This document shows, in pieces, positions 17,213 to 26,816 of a DNA stretch of 64,000 bases; within the stretch, counting starts at the first letter, position 1, and every line of letters begins with the position of its first letter. The position numbers and the translations under genes are program-made. A model generated the notes under the pieces. It saw only the letters and a list, made by a program, of their open reading frames with translations, had not been told where the DNA came from and made no database searches. Source of the DNA: a virus. Where the stretch lies: the IMG/VR virus record IMGVR_UViG_3300033402_000312; one strand, given 5' to 3'.

Positions 17213-18760
17213 ATGCCCGACTACTACAAGTCAATCAAAGTGACGCCCCCGGCAAACCCCGGCGGACCGCTGAACGAGTCGCTCGTCGGCGCGGTGCAGG
17301 TGTCGGGCGGGGCGGCAGACGCCGGGAAGCTGGTTGTGCTTGACTCCTCCGGCATGATCGATTCCTCCATGATTTCAGGATTGGGATCGACCGTTTCCGT
17401 CAACGGCATCCTGGTATCCAGCCCCGATTTCACGGACGGCGACATCCTTTGGCAGGCCACCGGGAGCATCGTCACCGCGACTGTCAATGCGCTCGCCACC
17501 ACAGGGTTGTCGGTGGTCACGAGCACCAGCGCCCCTCCGGCGCACGCCGGGCAACTCCTGATTTCCCAGCCGGGCAACACTAGCGCTGCATGGGCAGACC
17601 CGCTCGTGCAGGGCGTGCAGGCGGCTGGCACTGCCGCATCCACGGTTAATCCCGTCCTCATCGGCGGACGAGACGCGAGTGGTTTGCTCCAAGACTTCAC
17701 GATGACGGCTGCCGGGTCTCCCCCGACCGAAGCCCTCAACGTTTACGTCGTCAACCAGTCCGGCAACGCAAGCAACGTGACCGTCGTTTCGCCGCTTGAC
17801 AGCAGCGGCTACGTCGAAGTCGATCTCAAGACCGCGCTCCCGGCAGGCACGAATGCAATCGGTCACGTCGTCACCGACACGGGCAGCACCACGGCCGTCA
17901 CCGGGACTGTCTCTGTTACCCAAAGTACAAGCCCATGGGTCGTGTCGCTTGCCTCAACCACGGTCTCGGGAACCGTCGCGGTCACGCAGTCCACGTCACC
18001 GTGGGTCGTCAGCAACCCGGTCTTGTCGGGGATGTCGTTCACGTCCTACGGAAGCCCGGCGACCGAGAACCTGAACGTCTATGTCGTCAACCCGGTCACC
18101 GCGACGTTCACCGAGACGCAAATCGGCGTCACGCAATTGACTTCTCCGTGGGCAGTAAGCGGGGCTGTGACCTATGTTACAACTGTCCCTTCTCTAACGA
18201 ACGGCCAATCCGTAGCTCAGCAATGCGACGCCACGGGTTCTAACTACGTCAACACAGAAGGCAGAAAAGCAACATATTCTGCTGTAAATTCCGCAACAGG
18301 CTCCCCGCCCGCAGGCGGCATCTACGTTGTGATTCCCGGCAATGCGACCACGACGGTCAGGGTCACGAGGGTGGAGGTCTCCTTGTCCACCACAGGGACT
18401 GCCGGGGTAGAAACAGTGTTGCTTCAGAAACTAAGCTCCGCTCCTACGGGGGGGACATCCTACAACTTGTCGGTTGTTCCCCACGACACCAATTTTGGGC
18501 CGGCTGACTCCACCCCTATCTGCTACACCGCCGCGCCGACAGGCGGGGCGCTCGTCGGCAACATCCGTGCTTTGCAGTTTTTCGATGAATCGTCTGCGCT
18601 TGCAGGCAGTAGTAGTTGGTTGTGGGAGTTCGGCACACGCGGCGGGGCCGCCGCTATTGTCCTCCGTGGCACAGCCCAATGCCTTGCAATCAACATTGTC
18701 GGTATTATCGCCACTCAAACGGCAACGGTTTCGATTGAATGGACGGAGGACAACAGCTAA
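17213..18760 (+). CDS. tail-fibre-like structural protein with internal repeats
   Basis: Gly/Ser/Thr/Val-rich 515-aa protein. Repeated TQSTSPWVVS and NLNVYVVN segments. The C-terminus resembles the downstream paralogues. Confidence 0.55.
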   Translation: MPDYYKSIKVTPPANPGGPLNESLVGAVQVSGGAADAGKLVVLDSSGMIDSSMISGLGSTVSVNGILVSSPDFTDGDILWQATGSIVTATVNALATTGLSVVTSTSAPPAHAGQLLISQPGNTSAAWADPLVQGVQAAGTAASTVNPVLIGGRDASGLLQDFTMTAAGSPPTEALNVYVVNQSGNASNVTVVSPLDSSGYVEVDLKTALPAGTNAIGHVVTDTGSTTAVTGTVSVTQSTSPWVVSLASTTVSGTVAVTQSTSPWVVSNPVLSGMSFTSYGSPATENLNVYVVNPVTATFTETQIGVTQLTSPWAVSGAVTYVTTVPSLTNGQSVAQQCDATGSNYVNTEGRKATYSAVNSATGSPPAGGIYVVIPGNATTTVRVTRVEVSLSTTGTAGVETVLLQKLSSAPTGGTSYNLSVVPHDTNFGPADSTPICYTAAPTGGALVGNIRALQFFDESSALAGSSSWLWEFGTRGGAAAIVLRGTAQCLAINIVGIIATQTATVSIEWTEDNS

Positions 18761-19260
18761 TGGCAAGCACAATCGAATCGGATTTCGGGTCAAGCGGGCA
18801 GCCCCTAACGATCACGCTCAACAACCTTGCTGCCTCCAACGTTGCTGGCGGTACCTATACGGGCAGACAGTCCACGGCGGTGGACAACACGACCAACCTG
18901 TTCCTCGACGCCCTCGTCAGCGTGCAGGTGAAGACGCAGAGTTCCGTTGTAGCCCCAAGCTTCGTGCTCATCTACGCCTACGGGACAGCGGACGGAGGCC
19001 TAACTTGGTCAGATACCGTGACCGGCGCGGACGGGTCTGTCTCGCTTATAAGTCCGCCCAACGCGCCGCTCCTTTGCACGCTCGCCACGCCCGCCGTTTC
19101 CACCGTCTACGACTCGGGTCCGCTCAGCGTGGCGTCGGCTTTCGGCGGCGTCCTGCCCCAGAAGTGGGGCGTTGTAGTCATCAACTCGACGGGTTCGAAC
19201 CTCGACACGACTACGGGCGGGGCAGCAGTGTACCAGGGCGTGTACGCCCAGCGCACATAA
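18760..19260 (+). CDS. structural paralogue A (166 aa)
   Basis: TAATG overlap with the previous stop. Shares with 19272-19760 the strings STAVDNTTNLFLDALVSVQVKT...LIYAYGTADGG...GPLSVASAFGGVLPQKWG...AAVYQGV. Confidence 0.6.
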   Translation: MASTIESDFGSSGQPLTITLNNLAASNVAGGTYTGRQSTAVDNTTNLFLDALVSVQVKTQSSVVAPSFVLIYAYGTADGGLTWSDTVTGADGSVSLISPPNAPLLCTLATPAVSTVYDSGPLSVASAFGGVLPQKWGVVVINSTGSNLDTTTGGAAVYQGVYAQRT

Positions 19261-19271
19261 GGAGCGACAAA

Positions 19272-19760
19272 ATGGCAAGCACAATCGAAACAAAATACGG
19301 CACAAGCGGGCAGCCCATAACGATCACGCTCACCAGCCTCGGCAACTCCACGTCCTTCGTCGGTGTCCAGTCCACGGCGGTGGACAACACGGCCAACCTG
19401 TTCCTCGACGCCCTCGTCAGCGTGCAGGTGAAGACGAATTCCAGCAGTACTAGCGTCACGGGATACGTGCTGATTTACGCCTATGGGACGGCGGACGGCG
19501 GTTCAACGTGGACTGACACCGCAACCGGGACAGCCGGGGCGATCACACTCACGAACCCGCCGAACATGAAGCTCATCGGCACCCTGAACGCGAACGTCAA
19601 TTCGGTCACATATAATTCAGGACCGCTTAGCGTTGCGAGCGCTTTCGGCGGCGTCCTGCCTCAGAAATGGGGCATCGCCGTTATCAACGTCAGCGGCAAT
19701 ACGCTCGACGGCACGGTGGGGGCGGCTGTGTACCAGGGAGTGGCGGCACAAAGCACATAA
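19272..19760 (+). CDS. structural paralogue B (162 aa)
   Basis: Tandem duplicate of 18760-19260 with long identical stretches. Confidence 0.6.
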   Translation: MASTIETKYGTSGQPITITLTSLGNSTSFVGVQSTAVDNTANLFLDALVSVQVKTNSSSTSVTGYVLIYAYGTADGGSTWTDTATGTAGAITLTNPPNMKLIGTLNANVNSVTYNSGPLSVASAFGGVLPQKWGIAVINVSGNTLDGTVGAAVYQGVAAQST

Positions 19761-19762
19761 CC

Positions 19763-20608
19763 ATGTCGCTTATCATAAATCCTCGTCCTTGGCGCACCAA
19801 GCCGTCAAGGCCCGAGACCGCGCATATAAATTGGAGCCATCCCCTGGCTCAGGGCCTGCTGTTTGCCTGCTTCCCGAAATTCAGCCCTTTTTTTGTAGAC
19901 CTTGTCCGCAGGCGGATGAACAACGAGAATGCCGATTACGCAAATGTAAGTTATCTCCCTGAGGGGCCGGCGGTGAACCAGCAGCAGGACAAGGAACAAT
20001 TCACGCACGCCTCTACAGCGGATTTAACCTTGACCGTGGGCTTCTCGGTCTGGACCCGTTACTTCGCTTTCGCCGTTGACACAGGCATCAACAACTTCGG
20101 TCTGATGATGGGCTTTCAACACTACGTGAACGAGTCGAACAACCAAGGGTGGGCTATCAGCAAGCGGTCTCCGGGAAGCGGAACGGCGAATGCGTGTTTC
20201 ATCACCCTCAACAACAACGGCTCCGCCCAGTACGTCCTTGCTGACCCGGTCAACGCCCCGCTCAAGGCTGGCACCGTGTACGACCATCTTGGGGTGGTCA
20301 CTTCGGCAGGTAATGCTATATTTTACGGGCAAGGAGTGTCCGTCGCAACATCAGCGTATGGCACATGCGCGGCGAACACAACCACCGGGCTGGAGTTGGG
20401 GGCACCTGACAATAGCTTCGCAGACGATTATCGCACGATGACGGCTTGTGTCTGGAACCGCCCGCTCCGAGCAGACGAGGCTCTATGGCTGCATCAGGAG
20501 CCTTATGCGTTCTTGGCTCCGGTGGGACCGCGAAGAAAATATTCTTTTATCAGGGGTCCCGTTGTTGTTGGCGGTTATAGCCCTGCGGTTTGTATCATAA
20601 AAGGGTAG
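19763..20608 (+). CDS. putative structural protein
   Basis: 281-aa Gly/Asn/Thr-rich, beta-rich composition next to the fibre genes. Confidence 0.5.
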   Translation: MSLIINPRPWRTKPSRPETAHINWSHPLAQGLLFACFPKFSPFFVDLVRRRMNNENADYANVSYLPEGPAVNQQQDKEQFTHASTADLTLTVGFSVWTRYFAFAVDTGINNFGLMMGFQHYVNESNNQGWAISKRSPGSGTANACFITLNNNGSAQYVLADPVNAPLKAGTVYDHLGVVTSAGNAIFYGQGVSVATSAYGTCAANTTTGLELGAPDNSFADDYRTMTACVWNRPLRADEALWLHQEPYAFLAPVGPRRKYSFIRGPVVVGGYSPAVCIIKG

Positions 20609-20609
20609 C

Positions 20610-20637
20610 AAACAGCGTCAGCCAACAAAGCTGTTTT
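20610..20637 (+). terminator. weak stem-loop after the structural block
   Basis: AAACAGC-13 nt-GCTGTTT stem followed by T. A second CUUCGG tetraloop hairpin followed by TTTT lies at 20696-20710. Confidence 0.25.
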
Positions 20638-20726
20638 CAGTAGGAGTCCGCCATGGAGGACTACGGGCTTCTCAAATACTTTGCCCACTTGATTTAGCCT
20701 TCGGGCTTTTCGGGTGAGCTTCTTTT

Positions 20727-20741
20727 TGGTACAATGGGGGC
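20727..20741 (+). promoter_or_regulatory. extended -10 promoter TGGTACAAT only 6 nt upstream of the ATG (leaderless-type)
   Basis: TGGTACAAT at 20727-20735. ATG at 20742. Confidence 0.45.
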
Positions 20742-20996
20742 ATGAAAGCCGACGTCATCTACACAGCAGTCGTCTGGGAGAGCGAGCGCGGCTGGGGCCG
20801 GAAGGTCGATGAAACCAGAGAATTCAAGACCGAGGGGGCGCGGGACAAGTTCATCGAGAAATTCAACTCCAAGAACAACGAGCCTGTAGCGCCCGACTGG
20901 TACATGTTCGCCGAGAGGGGCGAAAACATCATCCGTCCCATCCGCCTGAGGCGCAAAGCGCGGTCTTCTCGAAGAGCAAAAACATGCAAACGATAA
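20742..20996 (+). CDS. hypothetical protein
   Basis: 84-aa ORF that begins essentially at the predicted TSS. Confidence 0.5.
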   Translation: MKADVIYTAVVWESERGWGRKVDETREFKTEGARDKFIEKFNSKNNEPVAPDWYMFAERGENIIRPIRLRRKARSSRRAKTCKR

Positions 20997-21133
20997 ACGA
21001 CCTCCGCGACGAGCTAAGGCGCAAGCGCCGGGCGCTCGTCACCGGGCAGATTATCGCCGTCATCTTCTACCTATCAGTCGGGTTCGCCCTCGGCTGGGCA
21101 GCCGCGAAGCACATCCATCCTTGAGAAGAAAGC

Positions 21134-21529
21134 ATGACGAACTCAATAGTTTTTAAGCGTTCCCGTGACCACGACCTTCCATCCGAAGAGTTTCTGCTGC
21201 CGGTCACAAGGTACAACCAAGCCGTCGGGCCGATGTTCGCGGAGTTTCGGGGACGGTTCCCGCTCAGCAAGCACAGCGAGTGCGGGCTGCAACGCTCGCT
21301 GGGCATTTTCCTCGACTCCTGCTTCCGCACCGCCTTGAAGCAGATGGAGAGGCTGCGCCCGGCGCAACTCTCGCGAGAAGAGTGGAACCTTGCCTTGCCG
21401 GAAACCAAAGCTGGGCATATGCTGTGGCAGCGGAACTTGAGGTACCTGCGGCAACGCAACGCCTATTTCGTCAGCCTGATCACCCACGCAAAGCTGAGGC
21501 AGTCGAGGGGCGATAGTGATTCTCTCTGA
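21134..21529 (+). CDS. hypothetical protein
   Basis: 131-aa ORF. Confidence 0.5.
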   Translation: MTNSIVFKRSRDHDLPSEEFLLPVTRYNQAVGPMFAEFRGRFPLSKHSECGLQRSLGIFLDSCFRTALKQMERLRPAQLSREEWNLALPETKAGHMLWQRNLRYLRQRNAYFVSLITHAKLRQSRGDSDSL

Positions 21530-21890
21530 AAAACAAAAGTTCGCAAATACAAAATCTCATCGTCGCTGGAAGTCCCGCCAGATAAAAGAACATCTTGCAG
21601 CCCTAAACCATAAGTGGCATCAAAAAGCATCCAAAATAGCCAGAGAAACCGTAGCGCTTTATTTGTTGGAACATCCTTGCGTAGACTGTGGAGAAACAGA
21701 CATTGTGGTTCTGGAATTTGACCATGTCCGAGGTCAAAAAAAGAATGCTATCAGCAATATGATCACTACTGGTTTGAGCGTAAAGCGTATCATGGCAGAG
21801 ATCAAAAAATGCGAAGTCGTTTGCGCTAATGACCATCGCCGACGCACTGCAAGACGAGCCAAGCATTTTCGCTACGTTCGCACCCCTTAA
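21516..21890 (+). CDS. HNH endonuclease
   Basis: GTG start. CVDCGETD...EFDHV...KCEVVCANDH. Confidence 0.75.
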   Translation: MILSEKQKFANTKSHRRWKSRQIKEHLAALNHKWHQKASKIARETVALYLLEHPCVDCGETDIVVLEFDHVRGQKKNAISNMITTGLSVKRIMAEIKKCEVVCANDHRRRTARRAKHFRYVRTP

Positions 21891-22060
21891 ATACGTAAAA
21901 CGCCCGGAAGATCGAGGGACGCAACATCGAGTTCGACAGACTCAGACCCCGCCCGCAGGATTTTTGCCCCAGCCTGTGACGACAGCCGACAACGCTGAAA
22001 TCCCATAGTTACAGCCAATTTCCCCAGCGAGCATGACAACAGAACTATCTGTCTCTTCTC

Positions 22061-23278
22061 TTGAGGGAAGGACTTGTGGGTTTCGGTAACGACAGCAGCG
22101 CAGCGAAGCGAGCGCCCTCAAGGACAGGTGCCCCGGTGAAGAGCGCAGTAAAAACCGCCCAGCTTGACCCGCATCGACGCAGCGACCAAGTGAAGGAGTT
22201 TTTGAATGCCATGCGCCGCCGCGTCGTGGGCCAAGACCCCGCGATTGAAAAGGTCGCGGAAATCTACCAGATGTTCCTCGCCGGATTGAACCCGCCCGGC
22301 CGCCCCGTGGGCAACCTTCTTTTCCTCGGCCCAACCGGGTCGGGCAAGACACGCGTGGTTGAGGCCACGGCGGAGGCGCTATTCGGCGACGCACGCGCTT
22401 GCATCAAAGTGGACTGCACGGAGTTCCAGCACTCGCATGAAATCGCCAAGCTGATCGGCTCTCCTCCGGGCTACCTCGGCCACCGGGAGACACATCCCGT
22501 GCTCACGCAGGAAGAACTGGCGAAATGGCACAAGGAAGACCTCAAGCTGTCCCTCCTGCTGTTCGACGAGATCGAAAAGTCCTCCGATGCGCTCTGGCAA
22601 CTTCTCCTCGGCATACTCGATAAGGCTACGCTCACGCTGGGAGACAACCGGCGCGTAGACCTGTCGCAAACCATCATCTTCCTGACATCCAACCTTGGGG
22701 CCGGGGAGATGCAGACTTTCCAGGAAGGCGGAGGCATCGGCTTCGGCGGTCCGGTCGTTGTGGTGGACGAAATGCTCGACCAGAAGATTCAGCGTACGGC
22801 AGCCGAGGCGGCAAAACGAAAGTTCACACCGGAATTCCTCAACCGCATAGACAAGACGGTGGTCTTCAGGACGCTGCGCGACGAACACCTCAGGAAAATC
22901 CTTGAGATCGAGCTTGGTCTTGTCCAAGGGCGCGTCCTGTACGCCGGGGGGACAACCAAAGGGTTCCTGATCAGCGTGGATCAGCAAGCAAAGGAAGCTT
23001 TGCTGCTGGAGGGCACCGATGCGAAGTACGGCGCTCGCCATCTAAAGCGTGCCATCGAAAGGAACATCGTGCACCCGCTGGCGAATCTCGTTGCCACAAA
23101 CCAAGTGACGCTGGGCGACGTCGTCCAGATCGGCTACGAGGGCGATCTTCCGGCTCACGGCGAAGCCCCAGTCACGGGGCAGTACACTTTCACAAAGAGG
23201 CAGGAAGGCGTTATACTTCCTACTGTGCTCCTTGAAGCCGAGGGGATCGTCGCACCTGGCAAAGCCGCAAAATTGTAA
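22061..23278 (+). CDS. Clp/Hsp100-family AAA+ ATPase (ClpB D2-like single module)
   Basis: RRVVGQDPAIEKV...LLFLGPTGSGKT (Walker A). LLLFDEIEK (Walker B and sensor). C-terminal small domain. Start may be TTG 22061 or GTG 22076. Confidence 0.8.
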   Translation: MREGLVGFGNDSSAAKRAPSRTGAPVKSAVKTAQLDPHRRSDQVKEFLNAMRRRVVGQDPAIEKVAEIYQMFLAGLNPPGRPVGNLLFLGPTGSGKTRVVEATAEALFGDARACIKVDCTEFQHSHEIAKLIGSPPGYLGHRETHPVLTQEELAKWHKEDLKLSLLLFDEIEKSSDALWQLLLGILDKATLTLGDNRRVDLSQTIIFLTSNLGAGEMQTFQEGGGIGFGGPVVVVDEMLDQKIQRTAAEAAKRKFTPEFLNRIDKTVVFRTLRDEHLRKILEIELGLVQGRVLYAGGTTKGFLISVDQQAKEALLLEGTDAKYGARHLKRAIERNIVHPLANLVATNQVTLGDVVQIGYEGDLPAHGEAPVTGQYTFTKRQEGVILPTVLLEAEGIVAPGKAAKL

Positions 23279-23315
23279 TTTGAACTTCCTGACCAAAAAA
23301 CAGCGCGGCAGGCTG

Positions 23316-23660
23316 ATGTCACGGATACGCTCCGTGTCCCGGCTGGAGCTTAGCGCACGCAGCGCAGCAGAGCGCCGAACCGGATGCAAACTCGTCCACG
23401 GCACGCGCAAGTCCGGTCTCCCCGGATCGCCGGACTACTACTCCAAGAAAAACAAGGTTGTTGTGTTTGTTCATGGTTGCTTTTGGCACGGGTGCCGTGA
23501 GCATTTCAAGCAACCACAGACCAACGCGGAATACTGGCACAAAAAAATCTCCCGCAACCGCCAGCACGACAGGGCTGTGCGCATCATGTACAAAAACCTC
23601 AGATGGCGAGTCGTGACCATCTGGGAGCACTCCTTAAAGCCAACAAAAGCAAAGACTTAG
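23316..23660 (+). CDS. vsr: Vsr-type (very short patch repair-like) endonuclease
   Basis: VVVFVHGCFWHGC...NAEYWHKKISRNRQHDRAV...WRVVTIWEH. Internal ATG 23316 was chosen because the upstream part overlaps the ATPase gene. Confidence 0.85.
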   Translation: MSRIRSVSRLELSARSAAERRTGCKLVHGTRKSGLPGSPDYYSKKNKVVVFVHGCFWHGCREHFKQPQTNAEYWHKKISRNRQHDRAVRIMYKNLRWRVVTIWEHSLKPTKAKT

Positions 23661-23731
23661 AAACCTTGCAATTTCATGCGCTGTTTGCCTCTTTTGCTGC
23701 ATCAAAACGCACAAGGAGGAAGTCGCTTTCT

Positions 23732-24022
23732 ATGGCTACCGCAAAGCAAGTAAGAATCCTGCCCAAGTACACAGGATGCCGCTACCCCAATGAGATGGCG
23801 GAATACCCAGACCTCAACCCCGACCTGTACCCGCCCTTCGAGTTCCCGAAAGACATGACCAAGCTCCAGAGCGGTCTATACCACATTACGTCCGCAATGA
23901 CGCGTGACGAGAAGTTCATCTCCCGCTTCCGCTCCGCGAACTCTGTGCGCAACAGCGCCTCGTGGCAGTCCGAACTGAGTCGCCGCTACATAAGCGGACT
24001 CGGCATGCTCATGGACACATGA
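23732..24022 (+). CDS. hypothetical protein
   Basis: AAGGAGG RBS precedes the start. Confidence 0.45.
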   Translation: MATAKQVRILPKYTGCRYPNEMAEYPDLNPDLYPPFEFPKDMTKLQSGLYHITSAMTRDEKFISRFRSANSVRNSASWQSELSRRYISGLGMLMDT

Positions 24023-24043
24023 GAGTGGGGCAAGGACGGCTTC

Positions 24044-25225
24044 ATGAACAACGCCCACAACCGCGCCATGGCGCTGGCCAAGCTGCCCGGCGACGGAGCC
24101 TGCATCCTCATCAACGCCGTGTTCGGCGTCAACCCGAGGGCGTACCGCTGGTACGACGCCGTAAAGCAGCGCGACATCGCGCAGGTTCTCTACCAAGAAC
24201 TGGGCGAGAAGCGCGGCTGGTCGTTCCCCGACACCAAGAAGATCGCCGCCGCGACGCGCTGGCTCAACCTCTATTGGAGCGGCATCCCCTTGGACAGCCG
24301 CATCGGCATTACCCGCGAGGAGCGCCTTGACAAGTGGGGCTACGACATCCCCGACGACTTCGACGAGTTCTCGGAAAAGGAACTGAACAAGTTCGCCGAG
24401 GAAGCATATCGCCAAGGGATCGGCGGCGAAGCCGACCAGATTTACACCTTCCTTACCGAGCTTAAGCGCATCGTCAAAAAAGCTCCATGCAACCCCAAAG
24501 GCAAGGCAATCCTTCCAATGCGCGAGACGCTGCTGCTCTCCGCGTACACGCTGGGCTGCCGCATCTCCGACATGAAAGGCAAAACCGAGGATTTCTTCGA
24601 ATCCATCATCACGAAAAGCGCCTACGCCTTGAAGACGACCGATCCGCGCCGCGTTTGCATGGAGTACCTGATCAAGAACCAGACCGAGAACGGCAAGGTC
24701 GAGTGGCGCGTCTCCGGCAGCGAGCAGCTTACCGTGACGCTCATTTGCATGCGCGAATACTTCGACGGTCACGAGATTCGCGACGGCGAAATCAAGTGGG
24801 TCGATTGGGAGTCGCAGAATTACCACGGCTGGATGGTGGGCGGCTACCGCTGGAACGACAGGCTGGTCGCTGGCGCTCCGCGTCTGTCCGACGAGGAAGA
24901 CAAGCTCTTCAAGGCGAACGAGGAGTTCGAGAAAGTCCTGCGTGCCCAGCGACGCGCGGCTTTGGCACTGAAGGCTGAGGAAGCCGAGGAAGCCAAGCCT
25001 GAGAAGCCGGAAGAGAAGGTTACCGACAGCACCTCATTGGCTCGCTTGGACATGTCCAAGAAGACCTACAAGATCATCACCGAGAACGGCGGCGTCAAGA
25101 CGGTCGGCGAACTCCGCTCGCTGACGCAGGCGAAGCTGTTCAACATCAAAGGCGTCACCTCGAAGGTCTTCAACGAACTGAAAGATGTTCTTGGCGGCTA
25201 CGGGCTGACGTTCAGGAAATGGTAA
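24044..25225 (+). CDS. hypothetical protein with C-terminal RNA polymerase alpha-CTD-like HhH domain
   Basis: LDMSKKTYKIITENGGVKTVGELRSLTQAKLFNIKGVTSKVFNELKDVL resembles the alpha-CTD HhH. Confidence 0.55.
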   Translation: MNNAHNRAMALAKLPGDGACILINAVFGVNPRAYRWYDAVKQRDIAQVLYQELGEKRGWSFPDTKKIAAATRWLNLYWSGIPLDSRIGITREERLDKWGYDIPDDFDEFSEKELNKFAEEAYRQGIGGEADQIYTFLTELKRIVKKAPCNPKGKAILPMRETLLLSAYTLGCRISDMKGKTEDFFESIITKSAYALKTTDPRRVCMEYLIKNQTENGKVEWRVSGSEQLTVTLICMREYFDGHEIRDGEIKWVDWESQNYHGWMVGGYRWNDRLVAGAPRLSDEEDKLFKANEEFEKVLRAQRRAALALKAEEAEEAKPEKPEEKVTDSTSLARLDMSKKTYKIITENGGVKTVGELRSLTQAKLFNIKGVTSKVFNELKDVLGGYGLTFRKW

Positions 25226-25664
25226 CCGTCAATTTGTAAACAAGACCGGGGAGGGTTCCGCCCGACCAAGCGATCTTCCCCGCAACCTTCATGCCGTGGC
25301 GCTCGTAGAAGGCGCATGCCACGGCATTCGCTTCCCTGACCGAAAGGTAGAGGTCGCCCCCGGACGGCAGCACAACCTGGGCGACAAAGTCTTCAAACAC
25401 GACCGAGCCTTTGCCGTTGCCTTGGCTGCCGTTCACGATCTGGTGGAGCATGACGGCACCGGCAGGAATGTCAACCTCGCCCACGCGGGTGCGCTTCTTG
25501 TATTTCTGGAATGTGATCGCGACGCCGTCCTCATAGATGCACTGCCCCTCCTCGATGCGCTTCTTCAGCTTGTCTTGGCGGACGTGCCTGAGTTCCTCGT
25601 GCGCCTGCATGAGCCTGTGGATTTCCTTCAGGTCGGCCAGAGTCGCGTACCTCATTGTGCCCAT
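25212..25664 (-). CDS. GNAT acetyltransferase
   Basis: VREANAVACAFYERHGMK and a GNGKG motif. Confidence 0.6.
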   Translation of the reverse strand: MGTMRYATLADLKEIHRLMQAHEELRHVRQDKLKKRIEEGQCIYEDGVAITFQKYKKRTRVGEVDIPAGAVMLHQIVNGSQGNGKGSVVFEDFVAQVVLPSGGDLYLSVREANAVACAFYERHGMKVAGKIAWSGGTLPGLVYKLTVTIS

Positions 25665-26779
25665 TATTTCCTTTTGAACACGTAGATCGGCTCGTACTTG
25701 TGGGTGTCTGTTTGCTTCTTGCGGGTGCCCATCATGCGGCTGAGCGCGAGCTTGAGGGTCTCAACGTATTTCCAATCCTTCCGGTTGGCAAAGCGCAAGA
25801 ATTGGTCTTCCATCCCGCTGTAGGTGCCGACGTCCGCGATGTTGACCGCGAGGAAACCGTCCGGCTTAAGACAGTATTCGCAGTTGTCCAGCGTCGCGCC
25901 CATAAAACCTTCCAGCCAGGCTAAGCTGCTTGGAAATTTCTTGTAGCTTTGGGTCTCCTCGTCGGCATATTTCTCGCAGTCAAAATACGGCGGGCTGGTA
26001 AAGCACAAGTCCACGGTGTTCGGCGCAAGCTTGACATGCATCATCTCGCTTCCTAGCATGTGCAGGTCGGTTTCCAGACCGCGCTCCGGTACGATGCGCC
26101 TGATGTCGGCTTCCATCTGCCTCAGGCCAGCGAATGTCTTGGAGGCAGGGTCGCAGCCGATGTATTTGCGGACTTTCTTGGAGGCGACAGCACCGAGCAA
26201 GCGACCGCCCCAGCCCATGCTCATATCCCATGTGGTGCCGCCCTCCGGCAGCAGATGGTCATAGATCGCCGCCGCCGCTGTGGGGCGAAAATTGCTCACA
26301 GCCTGCGTCCCGGTGAATGAGCGGACGGATTTGCGGATGCCGCTGTTGGACATGTAAGCGCCGTACTTGAGGCGCTTCTCGATGACAGCCTTGAGCAGGG
26401 CGTCATCGTTCCATGTCTTCTCTACGGTGCGCATGCTGCCGCACTCGACGCTGATGTGGTGGGGATGATAAGACCAAGCGAGACCGAGGGCATACATGTT
26501 TTGCCCTATGATGCCGTCCTTGAGCAGACCTGAATAGTCGCGCTTGACAAGCATACGGAGCGTGCGCTCCTTTTGCGCCTCGGTCAGCACGTACTGCGGG
26601 TAGCCGGTGGCGCGGTAATGGTCGAACGCAGCCTGCTTGAATGCAGCCATGGCAGGCTCGTCGTAGGTGTCCCATACTTTCTTGTTGACGAAAATTTCGG
26701 GATGCGACAATCCACAGATTTCGCAAGGCTTGAGCGTGGGTGCCACAGCGATTTCACTCATCAAGAGTAATACTCCCAT
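25664..26779 (-). CDS. DNA methyltransferase (amino-MTase, SPPY motif)
   Basis: Motif I-like DMSMGWGGRLLGA comes before motif IV TSPPYFD. N-terminal Cys cluster. Confidence 0.65.
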   Translation of the reverse strand: MGVLLLMSEIAVAPTLKPCEICGLSHPEIFVNKKVWDTYDEPAMAAFKQAAFDHYRATGYPQYVLTEAQKERTLRMLVKRDYSGLLKDGIIGQNMYALGLAWSYHPHHISVECGSMRTVEKTWNDDALLKAVIEKRLKYGAYMSNSGIRKSVRSFTGTQAVSNFRPTAAAAIYDHLLPEGGTTWDMSMGWGGRLLGAVASKKVRKYIGCDPASKTFAGLRQMEADIRRIVPERGLETDLHMLGSEMMHVKLAPNTVDLCFTSPPYFDCEKYADEETQSYKKFPSSLAWLEGFMGATLDNCEYCLKPDGFLAVNIADVGTYSGMEDQFLRFANRKDWKYVETLKLALSRMMGTRKKQTDTHKYEPIYVFKRK

Positions 26780-26816
26780 CTGGACGATTTCAGTGTCCCG
26801 GCTGTATATTTAAGGT

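Noticed and set aside
17224-17923. Minus-strand ORFs of 171-182 aa opposite the tail-fibre gene.
   Set aside because: Ala/Arg/Gly-rich antisense artefacts of a Gly/Thr/Val-rich sense gene.
20641-20665. Possible palindrome AGGAGTCC...GGAGGACT in the 20609-20741 gap.
   Set aside because: The arms are not truly complementary (5 of 8 positions).
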